Origin: the human T2T-CHM13v2.0 reference genome, Homo sapiens
DNA length: 64,000 nucleotides
Assembly (NCBI RefSeq): GCF_009914755.1
Contig: NC_060925.1
Direction: 5' to 3' (one strand)
The translations under genes and the position numbers were made by a program. The notes below the pieces were generated by a model. It ran no database searches. It was given only the letters and a program-made list of their open reading frames with translations, and was not told the origin of the DNA. Shown here in pieces: positions 16,519 through 31,720 of this stretch (its first letter is position 1; each line of letters begins with the position of its first letter).

Positions 16519-19500
16519 GTAAGATTAAAAGAGACTCTTTTCTGAAAACTGTATTATGAAACATTTGCTAATGATGCTTTTCACAGGAGTAATAAAAATT
16601 TGATTTAGAAAATGTGCTTAAGTATTCTGTAACTTGACAATTGAGTGGCTTTTGACATTGTTGAGTTTAAAAAATGTAAGAACCTTATTTGAATGGTATA
16701 TCTAAATATTCATCATAATTATATTTAATATAAAATAGAATAAAATGTTTTAATAAACATTTCTGAAAAACTATGATCTGGAATAATCATTTCCCTTGTA
16801 ATTATCATAAAATGTAATTTACTTTTTTGCTTAGGAGTATAACCAAAATGTATTATGTGAAAGCATTAAGAAGGATGTGAATATACATAGTCAATAAAAG
16901 CCATCAAATCATAATGATTAGATTTATTTCAAATATGATTTTAACTCTTCCTAAATAAAAATTCATTTATCATTTACAACTGATATTGTCATGACCTTAG
17001 AATTCTTGTAGACAAGTATTACTTGTATTATCAGAATAAAAATATTATATAAATTTGAAACCCAATTGAATATACAATATTTGTAACAGTTAAGTTGTTC
17101 AATAGAGATTTTTTTCCTGTAGTTGTATATAACATATATTCTTGAAGAGCAGTCTTTTGGAGTAGTGAATATGAATGTAGGAGTTTTTTTCTGACCTCAG
17201 TAAGACAATTTCTGGATTCATAATAAAATTTAATTATATCACTGCTTCTTGATAGATTAAAAAGCTTATTCTTGGAGGAGGTTTGCTTTCCTAGTTTTTG
17301 ATAGGTAACCAGTTATGTGATAGATATTTGGTAAACATTTTTAAACTGAATGAATTACATATTATTCATAATTTCTAAAATCTTTTCACTTAGTAAAGAA
17401 ATTTTGATTGAGTGACCATTACATAGCCTCTAGGAACTGAAGAATATTAGCAAATAATACAAATCTCTGTTTCAGTCTTCCAATCTAGAAAATAAAAGCA
17501 GATATATTCTTATAGTTATACACTTTGGTAATTTAAAAAATATTCAAATATGTTTAATACCTTTTGAAAGGTTGAATTATTTTCAGTTATATTTTCTAAT
17601 GTTATTGCTTGTTCTTTGGCTTGTAAACTTTATATGTAGCCACTTTTTAAATGAAGAAAACAATTATTTCCTTGTACATATAAATATTATAATTAGTATT
17701 TTAAAATGAAACCTTTTTGTATTTACAAACAGTTCCAGAACAATGTCAATATTACCTATTGTAAAAGACATCTTTTTCTGTTTCTTTGTGTAAATATTTC
17801 TGTCTTTTCTTACTAAATTTATGGGAATGTTTCTAACGTTTCATACCTACATACTGTTTGCTCCAGTTTTACATAGATACCATTTGTCATATAAGGGAGA
17901 TTTGTTTTATTTCTAATCTTTAAAATCAAGAATCAATGGCAAGTTTAATAAACAGTTTAAGTTATTAAAAAGTTGAATTTGAAATATTATTAAAATAGAG
18001 TACATCAAAGTATATGTGATAATTAAACAATAGTGATTTAAACATCTTATTTACATAATTGATTATTGCTGACTTGTTTCACTTTTATTTTATTTTTCAT
18101 CAATGTGTGTTTAAATGTGGTATCAGTTTCTACTGGTGAATTGAACATCGGCACTATATATGTTATGGTGAAAATGATATAAATCTGATTATTTCCTAAA
18201 AGATAAAGCACAACTTTGTATTTAAAGCAATGCTTAGGCCAGCCTCATAATTTTCATAAAAGCACATGTAATGCAAAAGCCAATGGAGAAAAACTACATG
18301 AATTTTCAGTGGATATCAGACTCCTAATTTATTCCTTGTTTCCCAAATACTCTCTGAAACTAAACTAGTTCGAGATGTCCATCAGTTCTATTAATCTACC
18401 ATATCTAAAAAATTTTTACTTAACAGAGTAGCTTTGATCATGAAAAATACTCACATATATTTCAATATTTGCTTCTGTTTATATTTTCCACATTGAATAC
18501 TGAATACCAAATTGAGAAGATAGTTTGAATACTATCACAATCTGCTTTATTCAACAGCATAACATTTTAGCATTACTTCTGCTCTGTTAAGAGTGAACTT
18601 TCTTCAAAAAAAACACTATTCATTACTAAGAAAGAATTATAGCCAGCAGGAATAATTTGTAATTTCAGCTTTCTATTTGTTTTCTTTTTTTAATATATTG
18701 GGTACTACATAGAACCTTTCTAATGCAATATATTGTCTACAATAACATTTCCAATTGTGTAGGAACGTTAATTGCCTCCTTGTTTTAACAGTCTGGCTCA
18801 GGGGGTCACTGCAGGCTACTAAGAATTGGGTCAGATTTACAGGACAAAGTTTAAAATAACAGTTTCTCAATCGTACCACCTAATTTCACCTTTTTGAAAT
18901 ATAGTATGACCAAGGTTTTGAATATATTATGACCAAGCAGATTTTTTAGATTTAGGGTCTAACAATTGTGTACTATATGAAATTAGGCCACAGCCCAGAA
19001 ATTCCAAGATGATTAAAGTGAATAAATTAAAACTCTACTGAAACATGTTCAAGTAAATACTGGCTGTGTTGTTTGGGAGACATGTTTTTTAATCCTGGAG
19101 ATTTAGAGTGCAGAAACGTTATTTCAGGTCCCAGAAGACTTTATAGATCAGAGATTGATGGATTCCATTACAGTCAGAGAAAGGAGAATAGTGGTCTAAA
19201 ATCCTAAATTGTATGTTTGAATTTCAGTGTGATAAATAAGAATTCCCCTTTGCTCCCCCAAACCCCCATATTTTCAGAGATAGTAGTATGTGTATTTATC
19301 TATATGGTGTGATTTAAATTGTGCGATGGCCCAATTGGCTTCAATATCTCATCTCCTCCTAAAATACTTTACGTGTTGATATTAATATTACTATAATTTC
19401 AACCAATCTGTCATTTACATGGAATGACAAATACACTGAATACATATTTTAGGATAGTTAAATTTAGTATTATTCATAATTTACTTTGAATTATTATCAT

Positions 19501-20366
19501 CTGACAACTTCCCTGAAACAATTTCAGTGGGCGGGGGAGGGTAGAAATGGATGTTGATGAGGATAAGAATAGAACAAAGTGATTCTGGAAGATGGGGTTT
19601 TCCCAGGTAGGACAGATCTGCTGGTTGAAGTGCTATAGTGAGTGCTATAAGAGAAGGGGTAGAGAAAATGCCCACAGAAATGGCACGAGCCTGAGACGTC
19701 TGCCAAGGCAAGCTTTGCTTATTTTAAATTTAGGCATATCCTGGGAATGCATATGCTACTCTTTTGCCTACATATAATTTAAACTAAAAATGAAATATCT
19801 AAGTATTGCTAACTAAAATTATTCTTAGGTAGAAGTAAGTTCCCAAATATAAGTTCAAAAGCAGATTGGTAAATGTTCTTCATGTGTGGCCTTTGGTTTC
19901 TAAGATCTGAGCCAGTCTACATTGACCCACTTTTATTTGCTTAATCCTCGATTGTTTATTCTGCAGTCTTTTGCCACTTTTCATTCTTCCCAGTTATGCC
20001 TTCTCCTCCTCCCCACACACACCATCCCCCACCTGCCTAGGCCTTTGAGATTCTGCCACCCAATCTATCCCGTGCTCAGTTAACTAACGTGTACTTTACC
20101 CATTTCTTCACAAAACCATAGTACATGGAAAGGGGATGATGTAATTGACAAAAAAGTATTGCATTTTAGCTTAAAATTATAAGGAGTCATAAAAAGATAG
20201 CTCAGAGGAAATAAAGTAACTGAACATCAAAAAATGAAACAATAAAAAGGAAAGAAAAAACATTTGACAGAACACTTTTATTTCTTCTGACATTTTAACT
20301 TAGCCAAGTTTTTCATAAACCTTGTTAACTGGAAATGTAATAGATAGAAAAGTGATTATTCTTCCA

Positions 20367-20690
20367 GGCCGGGCATGGTGGCTCACACCTGTAATCCCAA
20401 CACTTTGGGAGGCCCAGGTGGGTGGATCACCATGTCAGGAGTTCGAGACCAGCCTGACCAAAATGGTGAAACCCCATCTCTACTAAAAATACAAAAATTA
20501 GCCAGGCGTGGTGGCGCGTGCCTGTAATCTCAGCTACTCAGGAGGCTGAGGCAGGAGAATTGCTTGAATCAGGGAGGCGGAGGTTGCAGTGAGCTGAGAT
20601 CATGCCATTGCCCTTCAGCTTGGGCGACAGAGGGAGATTCCATCTCAAAAAGAAAAAAAAAAAAAAGAAAGAAAGAAAGAAAGAAAAGGA
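20367..20690 (+). mobile_element. AluS (Sg/Sc-like)
   Basis: Full dimer with A/GAAA tail. Confidence 0.95.
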
Positions 20691-21311
20691 AAAAGCAATA
20701 TTCTTTCAGAAACTCCTGAACTGTAACATAAATTTAAGCTTAGGACACATAGGTCAGATGTACAATGGAATTACAAATGTTAGAGTTTCCTGGGTTCTTG
20801 CAACAGAGTTTTAAGTGCACTAAACAGTTATCACCTTGTCTTCTCTTATATTTTCTAGTCACTACTGTCTACTACGCTTTTTCCACAGGCTGTCCATAAT
20901 CTACAGATATAATGGAAAGGCTTCCAGATAGTTTCATTGTTACTCATCTGTTCTTTCGCTCATTCATTTTTCCATCACTTTAACTTCCACAAGTACTACT
21001 TAGTAATACTTGGTACAATGTGTGTTGCGTTTTTTTTTTTTTTTCTCTATTTTCAGGGTCCTAATTGTACTGTCTCTTTGTGGCTGAGTTCGTTTTTTGT
21101 GACTGGAACAATAACTGGCATTAGAAATTAGCTATTCAAATACACATTTCAAGAAAGTTGTGGAATTTCAACCCATGTTCTGATAGTATCTTGTTTTATC
21201 TCTAATTATAACATACTTGTTATTCTATCCAACTTCATGTGACTATCGTCTATTCTCCTATCTGCTTTTTATGGTTCTGGAATTTTCTTCTTGCTCTTTT
21301 CACTGTTAAGT

Positions 21312-21480
21312 TGTTTGTTTGTTTGTTTGTTTGTTTTGAGACAGGATCTCGCTTTGTTGCCTGAGGCTGGAGTGCCCACGCTGGAGTGCAGTGGTGCGAT
21401 CATAGTTCACTGCAGCTTCCAACACCTGGGCTCAAGCAATCCTCCTGCCTCAGCCTCCCACACCTAGCTAAATTTTTTTC
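21312..21480 (-). mobile_element. Partial AluJ/FLAM-type
   Basis: (TTTG)n tail followed by gagacaggatctcgc...gggctcaagcaatcctcc. Confidence 0.85.
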
Positions 21481-21701
21481 TTTTCTTTTTTCTTTTTCTT
21501 TCTCAAATGCCTATTAAGTGTGACATAATCTCTATTCTGCTTTGTCTCTAGAGTTTGTTTCTTTAAACAATTCTTTACTCTGTTTACAAAGGTATATATG
21601 TTACTTCTGAAATGATCTTTATTCTCATGTTATTTATAAAATAATTTGAATATTTCTTATTTTGAAAAGCTAATTAGATCATATCGTATATATGCATATA
21701 G

Positions 21702-21945
21702 AATTGACCCTTGACCAATATGTGCTTGAACTTCAGGGGTCTGCTTACTATGTGAATTTGTTTCAACTAAACCTGGGTCAAAAATACAGTATTGGTGGGT
21801 TGCAAAACTTAAGCATAGGAAAAACTGACTTTTCGTACATGCGGTTTCCAGAGAGCCAAATGTAGAATTTAAGTATGTGCAGATTTTGGCCTGTGTGGGA
21901 GTCCTGGAATATATATCCCCTGTGTATACCAAAGCCAAAGGATTA
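21702..21945. mobile_element. MER8/Tigger2-type MITE
   Basis: ttgacccttgaccaatatgtgcttgaact...tcctggaa...atcccctgtgtatacc. Confidence 0.6.
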
Positions 21946-22590
21946 TTGAATAAATAGTATTACTATAGATCAGTGAGAAGATAAGAAAGAAATTTAATGC
22001 AAAATACCTATTTTTGCTATTTCTGTTTTGTTCATTTGCTTTATTTTTTTCCAAATTGATTTTGTAACTTTGCTTTATAATATATTCTGATACCTACTAA
22101 GTTTAGAAGTAGGCTATTTAAAAAATAATATCTACTGTTTTTTATGCACAAAATAATTTTAGAAAAATAGAATAATTGAACAAAGAGACCAACTTTAGTC
22201 TACCAAAACAATCTAGCACAAATTTGATTAAGGATTTCCCAAATATATAATTTTATCATGATTTATTTCATTTGAATAAAAACACTTTTCAACTAACAGT
22301 TAAAAGATATATTGACATTGAAAATAAGTAATTAGTTCTATGTTTGTATGTCAATAATAAGTAATTAGCTTGGTGTTTGTATGTCAATAATGCCCCCTTA
22401 AAATTTGAAAGTGAAAAAATTAGGTAAATTAAGATTATTAAAATATTAAGTAATATTGATTTTTAGCTTTGACCAAAATTATATAACTATTTTCCTCAAA
22501 TTATAGTAAAAACATTCCTACTCTTTACCAGTAGTTAAACGTATTCACACTCTTAATTCATGGGCTAAAAAAAAACTTGATTTTGTTTAG

Positions 22591-23231
<641 letters not shown>

Positions 23232-23696
23232 TAAAATAAAGCCAAATGAATTAAAGCTTCACCAATGTAGTGTTTTGTAAACAAAATTAACTGGCAATTA
23301 AATGACTTGTAAACGTAAGATGAAGTATTCATTGTTTAAACTCAAATACTTAGATATGATGGCTTAGTCTACTCATTAATCTAGAATGAGAAAAATGAGA
23401 TGGCTATTTCTTTTAGTTTTAAGATAAATCACATCTCAAAAAAATGTTTCTGTGCCTTTCAATTTGTATGCATCCTATTTAATAAGCCCGTTGTACATAC
23501 ATGCTGAGAGTTTGACTACTTGGGCCAAAATAACCGTTTGTTGTCTACTTGAAGGTGGTTCAACTGAGCTTGAACATTCGATTGTTAGTCAATTCAGGCA
23601 AATAAAAGTTATGTCACAAGATATACCTAATTATTATTAGAACTCAGTGCAGTGAATCATTACCTTAAATACTTTTGCTATGGCATGAGTTGATAA

Positions 23697-24161
23697 TGAT
23701 GTAGGACAGCAAGCCCCCAAATTGGGTCTTAGCCTGGGAAGGTTCTTGGTTTTGTCCAGTAAAGAATTCAAGGGTGAGCCTGTGGTGTTAAACAGCAATT
23801 TTTGTTGAAGTGGCAGTGTATAGCAGCCTCAGAGGCACCTCTCCTTGCTAAGCAGGGCTACCCATAGGCAGTGTGCCCACAGTAGCAGCTCAGAGGCAGT
23901 TCTGCACTCATATTTATATGCACTTTTAATTATATGGAAATTAAGAGGTAGTTAATGCTGAAATTGCCAGGAGGAGGATGGTAACTTCCGGTTGTTGGGT
24001 CATTGCTGTGGAAAGGGCCTGTAACTTCTGGGTGTTGCCATGGTAATGGTAAACTGTCATAGCACACTGGTCTGTGTGTCTTACAGGGAGGGGCTTCCAC
24101 TCAGACCTGTTTTGGATAATCCTCAATTTGGTCCAGTGTCCAAGTCCCATCTCCTATCTCA
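23697..24161 (-). mobile_element. ERV1 solo LTR (MER66-like)
   Basis: TG...CA termini with perfect 4-bp TSD ATAA at 23693-23696 and 24162-24165. Confidence 0.8.
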
Positions 24162-24249
24162 ATAATACTCAATACAATAATGGTTAGAACAAAAGCAGAC
24201 AGGAAAGTGTATCTGAAGTGAGAAGACCTAGACATTAATGAAAATTCTT

Positions 24250-24950
24250 CCACGAACTATGAAAAACATTGTTCTTCAATTGTGGGGAGCTTACATTTTG
24301 ATGTGGGGAGATAGATAGAAAACCTAATGAACAAAAATAGTTATAGCATTGTGAAAAATTTTGTGAAGGAGGTAAAGTAGGGCCTAAGAGAAAATAGAGA
24401 TGGGGATGGTAGTATGTAGAGACATTAGGTGGGCTTGGTCTTGGGGACTAGAATGAGTGGATCACTTTGAGGACAGAACATTTGAGTAGAGGCCTGAAAG
24501 ATGAGACAAAGCCAGTCATCAGAAATCTGTCGTAAAATTATTCTAAGAGGAGGAAATAACCCGTGTAAAGGATCTAAGGAAAAAATAAGTTTGAAATGCT
24601 CAACAAAATATAAACAAATAAATCAGCGTGACTTTGCACAGTAAATACATGGGAGATTTAACATGATGAGATCCGAGAAAGTGGCAAGAGCCAGATAAGG
24701 GGTTCCCAAACCAAGGAAAGGAGTTAGCAATGCTGGATAAGTAAAAAGTGAAGTCATAGAAGAATTTTAATCACAGGAATGACATGACCAGATTTGCAAG
24801 AATCACTTGTCACTCTGTGAATAGACTGAAGTAACAGGAGAGTAGAGGACTGGAGGCTAGTTAGCAGGCAAGTTTCATGACCAAAGTGACAGATGATGAT
24901 CTGAACTAAGATTTTGAAGATGGTAGTAGGAGCAAGGGAAAATAGAACAG
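24250..24950 (-). mobile_element. L2 fragment
   Basis: Purine-rich L2 3' pattern (catttgagtagaggcctgaa; gacatgaccagatttg). Confidence 0.55.
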
Positions 24951-25704
24951 GGGCGGTCATATCTTTTTCTTACAAGCAGAATCAAAAGATGCCATTTAAC
25001 ACTGATGGAAAAAGCACCAGAATTTTAAGTACTATTTGAAGAGAAAAGGTAATCAATATGATAATTCTTTATATATAGTAAACATATTCACAGAGTAAAT
25101 ATTGTGAGAAGTTGGTAGGAAGATTTTGTGGAAGAGATGTATCCTTGTTTTCTACATCTGGTTGTTAAAAGCAATGAACTATATTTGGAAATCAAGAATT
25201 AGGGGCACAAACGTATCACCTGGAAATATAATAATAACCAGAAGGGAAAGCATTTACTTCTCACTAGGAAGTGAGCGGGCTAAACTTTTTTTGTGTTAAT
25301 GGATTACTTTACTTATTTATTTTTTCCAATAACCTGAACATCATCAAATGGATCTAAATTTTGAAAGTGAAAAACAAACATATCAGCTTGTAATTAATCA
25401 GTTTTCCTTTTGTGCGGAAGGGGCCGGGGATTGTGTTGTTATGATAGAGTATTAGCACCATCTAGTGGAGTAGAATATGTTTACTTAAATTATAAACATC
25501 GAAATAGTGCAATGTGGAATCACATATTATATGAGTTCACTAATACAAATTTGCAAAAAGGTCAAGGGAAAATTAGTGCCCATAAAAACTTTCACATTAT
25601 TTTGTAAAATATAATTTTATATGGTGTTTTCTTTCTTATGAAATATTGCAAAATGTTTTCATATGGATTTGTTCCACCATGTTAATGGGCACTTCTAAAA
25701 CTTT

Positions 25705-26075
25705 TTTCTTTGGGCTGCTACAACAAAATATTATTAACTGCCTAGCTTATAAACAACAGGAATGTATTTCTTACACTTCTGAATGCTAGAAAGTCTAACA
25801 GCAAGATAGTACCAGCAGATTCAGTGTTTGGTGAGGTCTGCTCTCTGGTTCATAGACAGTGCCTTTTGGCTGTGTCCTCCAATGATGAAAGGGACAAGGC
25901 AGCTCTGTGGTGCCTCTTCTATAAAGGCACACATCCCAAATCATGACAGCTCCACCTTCACGACCTAATCACTTCCCAGTGTCCCCACCTCCTAATACTA
26001 TCACATTGGTAATTAGGTTTAAACATATAAATTGGGGGTTGTGGGGAGGTTGCATGTATTCAGAGCATAGCATAT
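25705..26075 (-). mobile_element. MLT1A/MST-type MaLR LTR
   Basis: gggctgctacaacaaaata...cttataaacaacaggaatgtatttc...atcacattggtaattaggttt. Confidence 0.75.
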
Positions 26076-26254
26076 GCCTTCTTAACTTACTAAAGTCTAA
26101 TAATAATTTATCACTCAGGATTCAATGCGGGAAGCTTAAGTAGAAGTAGAAGATTACCTATCTATCAGTCAATTAATTGATTGACATACCAATCTCCTAT
26201 CTACCTACTTAAAAAGAGGTTTTGTTTTGTTTGTTTTGTTTTGTTTTGTTTTTT

Positions 26255-26600
26255 AAATAAATTGCCTCAAGGAATTGTGAGCATGAGATAAGCAAGTCTG
26301 AAATCCACAGGGCAGGTAGTCAGAAAAGGAAGATTACAGACAGGATGGAACTCACAGGAAAGGAAGCTGCTTTCCACAGAATTCCCTCTCTTTTTCAGAG
26401 GAGCCTCAGCCCTATGTTTCAGACCTTTCAAATGATTTGATCTGGCCTATCTAGATTACCTAGAATGATCAGCTTGTTTAAAGTCAACTGATTGGGAGTG
26501 TATCTGGCAACATATTTTCTCACCAACATTTAGATTAGTTTGACTCAATAACTGGGAATGCTGACTTAAGCAAGATGACTTATTAAGAAAACTGTCACAG
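26255..26600 (-). mobile_element. MLT2-like ERVL LTR fragment
   Basis: gcaagtctgaaatccacagggcagg...ttaaagtcaactgatt...tttgactcaataactggg. Confidence 0.6.
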
Positions 26601-26941
26601 CTCATTAATACCTTTCTGTTTTTCTGGACACTGTGAAGAACTTAAAAGACATTAATTTTATTAATCCTTCTCACAGTTTACCTACTATTGTCATGTGTTT
26701 TATGTATATGGGTGTATACACATACATGTTTGTATTTAAAACCATGTAAGGTAATATTTTTATTATTTTATAGTCAGTATTCATTTATATTTACTTGAAC
26801 ATTTACCATTTTCTTTGTTTTTCATTTCTTCTTTCATCCTAAGACCTTATATTTAGGATCAGTTTCAGTTTTCTGAAATATATCTTTTTTCTCTCCTTAA
26901 TGTGTATTTATAGTGGCAAATTCTCTCAAATTTTATTAATC

Positions 26942-27237
26942 AGCCCGGGCACGGTGGCTCACTCCTGCAATCCCAGCATTTTGGGAGGCTAAGGTGAGTG
27001 GATTGCTTGAGCCCAGGAGTTTGAGACCAGCCTGGGCAAAACGGCAAAACCTCGTCTCTACAAAAAATACAAAAATTAGCTGAGAGAGGTAGTTTGTGAC
27101 TGTAGTCACAGCTACTTGGGGGGCTGAGGCAGGGGACCACTTGAGCCCAGGGGGTCAGGGTCGCAGCGAGCTAAAATCACACCACTGCACTCCAGCCTGG
27201 GCAATAGAGATCTTGTCAAAAAATAAAATAAAATAAA
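26942..27237 (+). mobile_element. AluJ
   Basis: Dimer with ttgagcccaggag diagnostic sequence and (TAAAA)n tail. Confidence 0.92.
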
Positions 27238-28412
27238 TTTTATGAATCAAAACTTTATTCTCAAAAAATTATTTCTGTATATAGAATTCTATATAGATAG
27301 TTATTTCTTCCTGAAAATGGAAGTGATTAATACCTGGTGGCGTCTGCTATTGCTATTGAGAAGTCTTTGTAAATCTAACCATTACTGCTTTTAAATTAAT
27401 ATTTTTCTCTAACAAGGTTAAGATATTTTCTCTTTGGTTTTCTGCATATTCCTTATGATGCATATAGGTGTGTTTTTTTACTGCTTGGAATTTTTTAATT
27501 CTTGGATATATTAATTGGTATGTTCCATTCATTTTTTAAAATTCTCTTCCAACATTGCTCTGGCTTTTCTATCCTCATTGACTCTTAGCTCATCTTGTGT
27601 ATTTTCCACACATGTGTGTCTCCATGTTGCATCCTGTATTATTTCTTTTGACCTGCCCTCCTGTCCACGAATTCTTTTTACAACTGTGTTATCTGCTATT
27701 AAGCTGTCCATTGATGATTAAAATGGGTTTTTTCATTTTTAGAAATTATATTTGGTTCTTTTTAAAATCTGCTACTACTTTGTTATAATTTCTTTCCTCA
27801 GATATCATTAGTCAAACTTTTCTCTTACATTTAAACAACAGAATTAGTATTGTTGATTATAGTCTGTATATATTTATTCCAATATCAAATATCTATTTTG
27901 TTCCTTATGAAGTTTATGGTAACTAGGTGCTTTTTCTCCCGTATAATGTCTTTGACATTTGTAATAATAATTTGGTGCTTAAGAAAAAAATCTTCCTCAT
28001 ATTAAAGTTACAACTTATCTTTTCTGGGTGGCTAGAAGAACTTTCAGTGTGAGACTACCTTAAGCCAAATTTGTGCTTTAAAATTCCTTGGTGCTCTAAG
28101 CAATTCAAAGCTGGGTTCCTGTAAGAAGAGTGTGGTTTACTTCCAGTTCTCCCTTATCCTGTGGGTGAATTCATTTAGGTTTCCAACTTTGAATTTTGTT
28201 GCTTTAGCCTAATAAGGCTATCAAAAAGCAAGCTTGTGTCTTCCCCAAATGGTGAATGCCCACAGTGCAGAAAAAAATTGGCTGCCTGTTTTCCTTTCTG
28301 GGTTCTGATTATACCAAGATATGTTATGGTAATTCTTTACTGTCTCGTCAGCTTTCTAAATGCCTCTATGAAAGTATTTATTTCAAAACATATGTTTTCC
28401 TGTTTTTTTCCC

Positions 28413-28705
28413 CTTTTGTGACAGGGTCTCACCCTGTCTCTCGGCTGGAGTGCGGTGACATGATCATAGCTCACTGCATCCTTAAACTCCTGGGCTCAAG
28501 AGACCCTCCTGTCCCAGCCTCTCACATAGCTGGGACAACAAGTGTGTGCCACCATGGGTAACTAATTTGTTTCTTTAATTTTTTGTAGAGATGGGATCTT
28601 GCTATATTGCCCAGGGTGGTCTCAGACTCCTGGGCTCAAGGGGATTCTCCCACCTCAGCCTCCCAAAATGTTGGGATTACAGGTGTGAGCCACCATGGCT
28701 GGCCA
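28413..28705 (-). mobile_element. AluJ
   Basis: Reverse-orientation dimer. Confidence 0.92.
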
Positions 28706-28769
28706 CCTGGTTTTATTGTGAAGGTGTCCTAAGTGATAAGATTAATCTGAAATAATGAATCCCAAGGCA

Positions 28770-28975
28770 CTCAAATTTTTTGTGAAATAGCCAGACAATA
28801 AATATTTTAGACTTCGTGTGCCATAATGTCTCGCTACTCAGCTCTTCTATTGTAACATAAAAGGAGTCATAGACAATATATAACTATATGAGCATAGCTG
28901 TGTTCTACTAAAATTTTATTTACAAAACAAGCAGCGATTGGATTTGGCCCACAGGTTAGTTTTCTGGCCCCTGAC
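28770..28975. mobile_element. MER58-type hAT MITE
   Basis: aaatattttagacttc...ctactcagctct...tttatttacaaaacaag...gatttggccc. Confidence 0.65.
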
Positions 28976-29939
28976 CTAATGTATCTCACTATAACAGAAA
29001 ATATATACTGACTTTCCTTCTTACTATTATAAATTTTATGCACATAATTAAATATTACCCAAACCACAATTTTTAATTCAGATGGGTGTAGCATAATTTG
29101 ACAATTTTCATAAATATTCTAATTATATCCATTATTAAAAATGCTGGAATAAACACTCTGTACCTAAATATTTCACAAAATCTTTAATTATTATTTGTTA
29201 CTTTTAAAAAATTGAAATTATTTGTCAACTTACGTATGAGTACTTTTAAGATTCTTTATTGCTAAGTTGCTTTTTAGTGAAGTAATAGTCATTTATATTT
29301 CAGTTTTATTTAATAATAATATTTATATTACCTAATTTTCCAGCAAAATTGATTATCATCTCCTTTACATTTTTGTGTTAAAATTGGTCAAAAAATAATT
29401 TTCTTTTAATTTTTATCTCTTTTAATTATTGGTAATGGTCACGTTAATGCCTGTTCTTAAGTAAATGATCTATCCTACTCTAACATTTTTCTTTAGATAG
29501 TGTTTAGTGCTTTTGTTACTGCAAGAAGTGTTTGTGTTAAGAATAATTTTTCAGTTAAATTTTCTCCACATTTTGTATATATGATTTTTTCACAAATATA
29601 ATTTTTAATTAACAAAGTTTTAATGTGTATATGTTCTGTTTGCAAATTGCTTTATGCATTAAGCCTTCCTTTTTTGATATTTATTCATACTTTTTAATAA
29701 ATATATTTATAAAATAAATATAATTATAGATAGATGGCACTAAGATAATAGTAAGTTAAAATGACATATCATCATATATAGCAGATAATTAAAAAATTAT
29801 AAAAGAATGAAACATATATGTATTTATTTTAAATTTGTTTAAACCTAACTCTTTAGTCTACCTGGCATTTGTGTGCATGTGTCTGTGCAAATAAAGTAAG
29901 GATTCAAATTTATCCCATTTCATTTCCAGTGGGTTTTAT

Positions 29940-30249
29940 TTTTTATTTATTATTATTATATTTTTTTGAGACAGAGCTTTGCTCTTGTTGCCCAGGCTGG
30001 AGTGCAATGGCGTGATCTTGGGTTACTGCAATCTCCGCCTCTCAGGTTCAAGAGATTCTCCTGCCTCACGCCCCCACGTAGCTGGGATTACAGGCATGTG
30101 CCACAACAGTTGGCTAATTTTGTATTTTTAGTAGAGACGGGGTTTCGACATGTTTGTCGGGCTAGTCTCGAACTCCTGACCTCAGGTGATCCACCCATCT
30201 CAGCCTCCCAAAGTGCTGGGAATATAGGCGTGAGCCACCGCACCCGGCC
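29940..30249 (-). mobile_element. AluS (Sq/Sp-like)
   Basis: Full dimer; TSD ccagtgggtttta / ccagtggatttta. Confidence 0.95.
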
Positions 30250-30848
30250 CCAGTGGATTTTAATTGCAAGCCTGCCAGAGTGAGTTTCAATTTGAGGTAG
30301 TCCAAGTTTACACAGTACGATAGACTTACCCATTGCCAAGGTTACTTGGCTTGAAGGAAAATACAGAATAAGGATAAAGGCAGTATGCACAAGAACAGCT
30401 TGATGGAGATTTCAGGCACTGAAACTCAGCTTCTAATATCTTAACCCCCACCAGGATAATTTTGCTGATGAAGGATGAAAGTTGATGCCAGTATAGGTCA
30501 CATCCATGCCCGGTAACAACAGAATTGGGTATCCTTAGTTTAAATACTTTAGTTGTCACCTTGAACTTGGAGGGTGATTTATGTGATCATCACTATTATT
30601 TGCTGTTTTCTATTTTCTTTAGATTTCATTTAATGTTTTACTAGTTTCTTGAATTAGAAATTTGGATAATTGATTTCCAACAGTTTTTTATTTCTAATTC
30701 ATTCGAGTTATATTTTTTTCTCTCTAATCAGTGCTTCAGCATCAGCCCACAAATTTTAACATATATTTCCATTATTGTTTATTTCAAATCATATTCTCAT
30801 TTATATTATATTTTTCTTTAACTCATGAGTTATTTATAAGTGTTGCTT

Positions 30849-31167
30849 GCCAAGTGCGGTGGCTCACGCCTGTAATCTCAGCACTTTGGGAGGCCGAGGT
30901 GGGCGGATCACTTTTGGGAGGCCGAGGTCAGGAGATTGAGACCATCCTGGCTAACACGGTGAAACACCGTTTCTACTAAAAATACAAAAAAAAAAAACCC
31001 AAAAAATAGCCGGGCATGGTGGCGGGCACCTGTAGTTCCAGCTACTCAGATGGCTGAGGCAGGAGAATGGCGTGAACCCAGGAGTGGAGGTTGTGGTGAG
31101 CTGAGATTGGGCACTCCAGCATGGGGGACAGAGCGAGACTCCGTCTCAAAAAAAAAAAAAAAAAAAA
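30849..31167 (+). mobile_element. AluY/Sc-like with internal 20-bp duplication
   Basis: ctaacacggtgaaac and gaatggcgtgaaccc; TSD aagtgttgctt / aagggttgctt. Confidence 0.93.
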
Positions 31168-31509
31168 GGGTTGCTTAACTTCAAAAATTTTGTGAATTTT
31201 CCACTTATTTTCTGTTAGCAATGTCTAGTGGTCAGGGAGTATACTTAGAGTGGCTTTAATTTTTTGAGATTGGTAGAGATTTGCTTGGAATGAATATGCA
31301 TCTTGCAATTGTTGAAGACAGTGTTTTATTAATATAAAAAACTTAATTTGGTTAATAATGTTGCTTATATCTTGTATATCCTTATTTTTCTATTTCTTTT
31401 CTATTGGATATTGGAAACAGTGTGCTTAAATCTCAAACTATGATGGTGGATTGCTTACTTCTTTTATTTCTGTTATATTTTGAAGATGTATTAATAGTTT
31501 TATGCAAAG

Positions 31510-31720
31510 AGGCATGCTGGTAAATGTAAAACAACCAACTATTTTTTAAAAGGAAAGGGAACAACCATGATTTGTAAAATTTGCTGAGTTTCATGGTGTA
31601 AATTCTCACAATATGGTCAATTTCAAGTTACCAACGTGTCATCAGGAGACATTGTATTAGCAAAAGATGTGTATAATTGGCTCCTATGAGTCAGTATGAG
31701 CCAGCTCCAGCAAACATTGT
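31510..31720. mobile_element. MER63-like hAT MITE inside an old reverse L1
   Basis: tgctggtaaatgtaaaacaacc...gagccagctccagcaaacattg. Confidence 0.55.
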
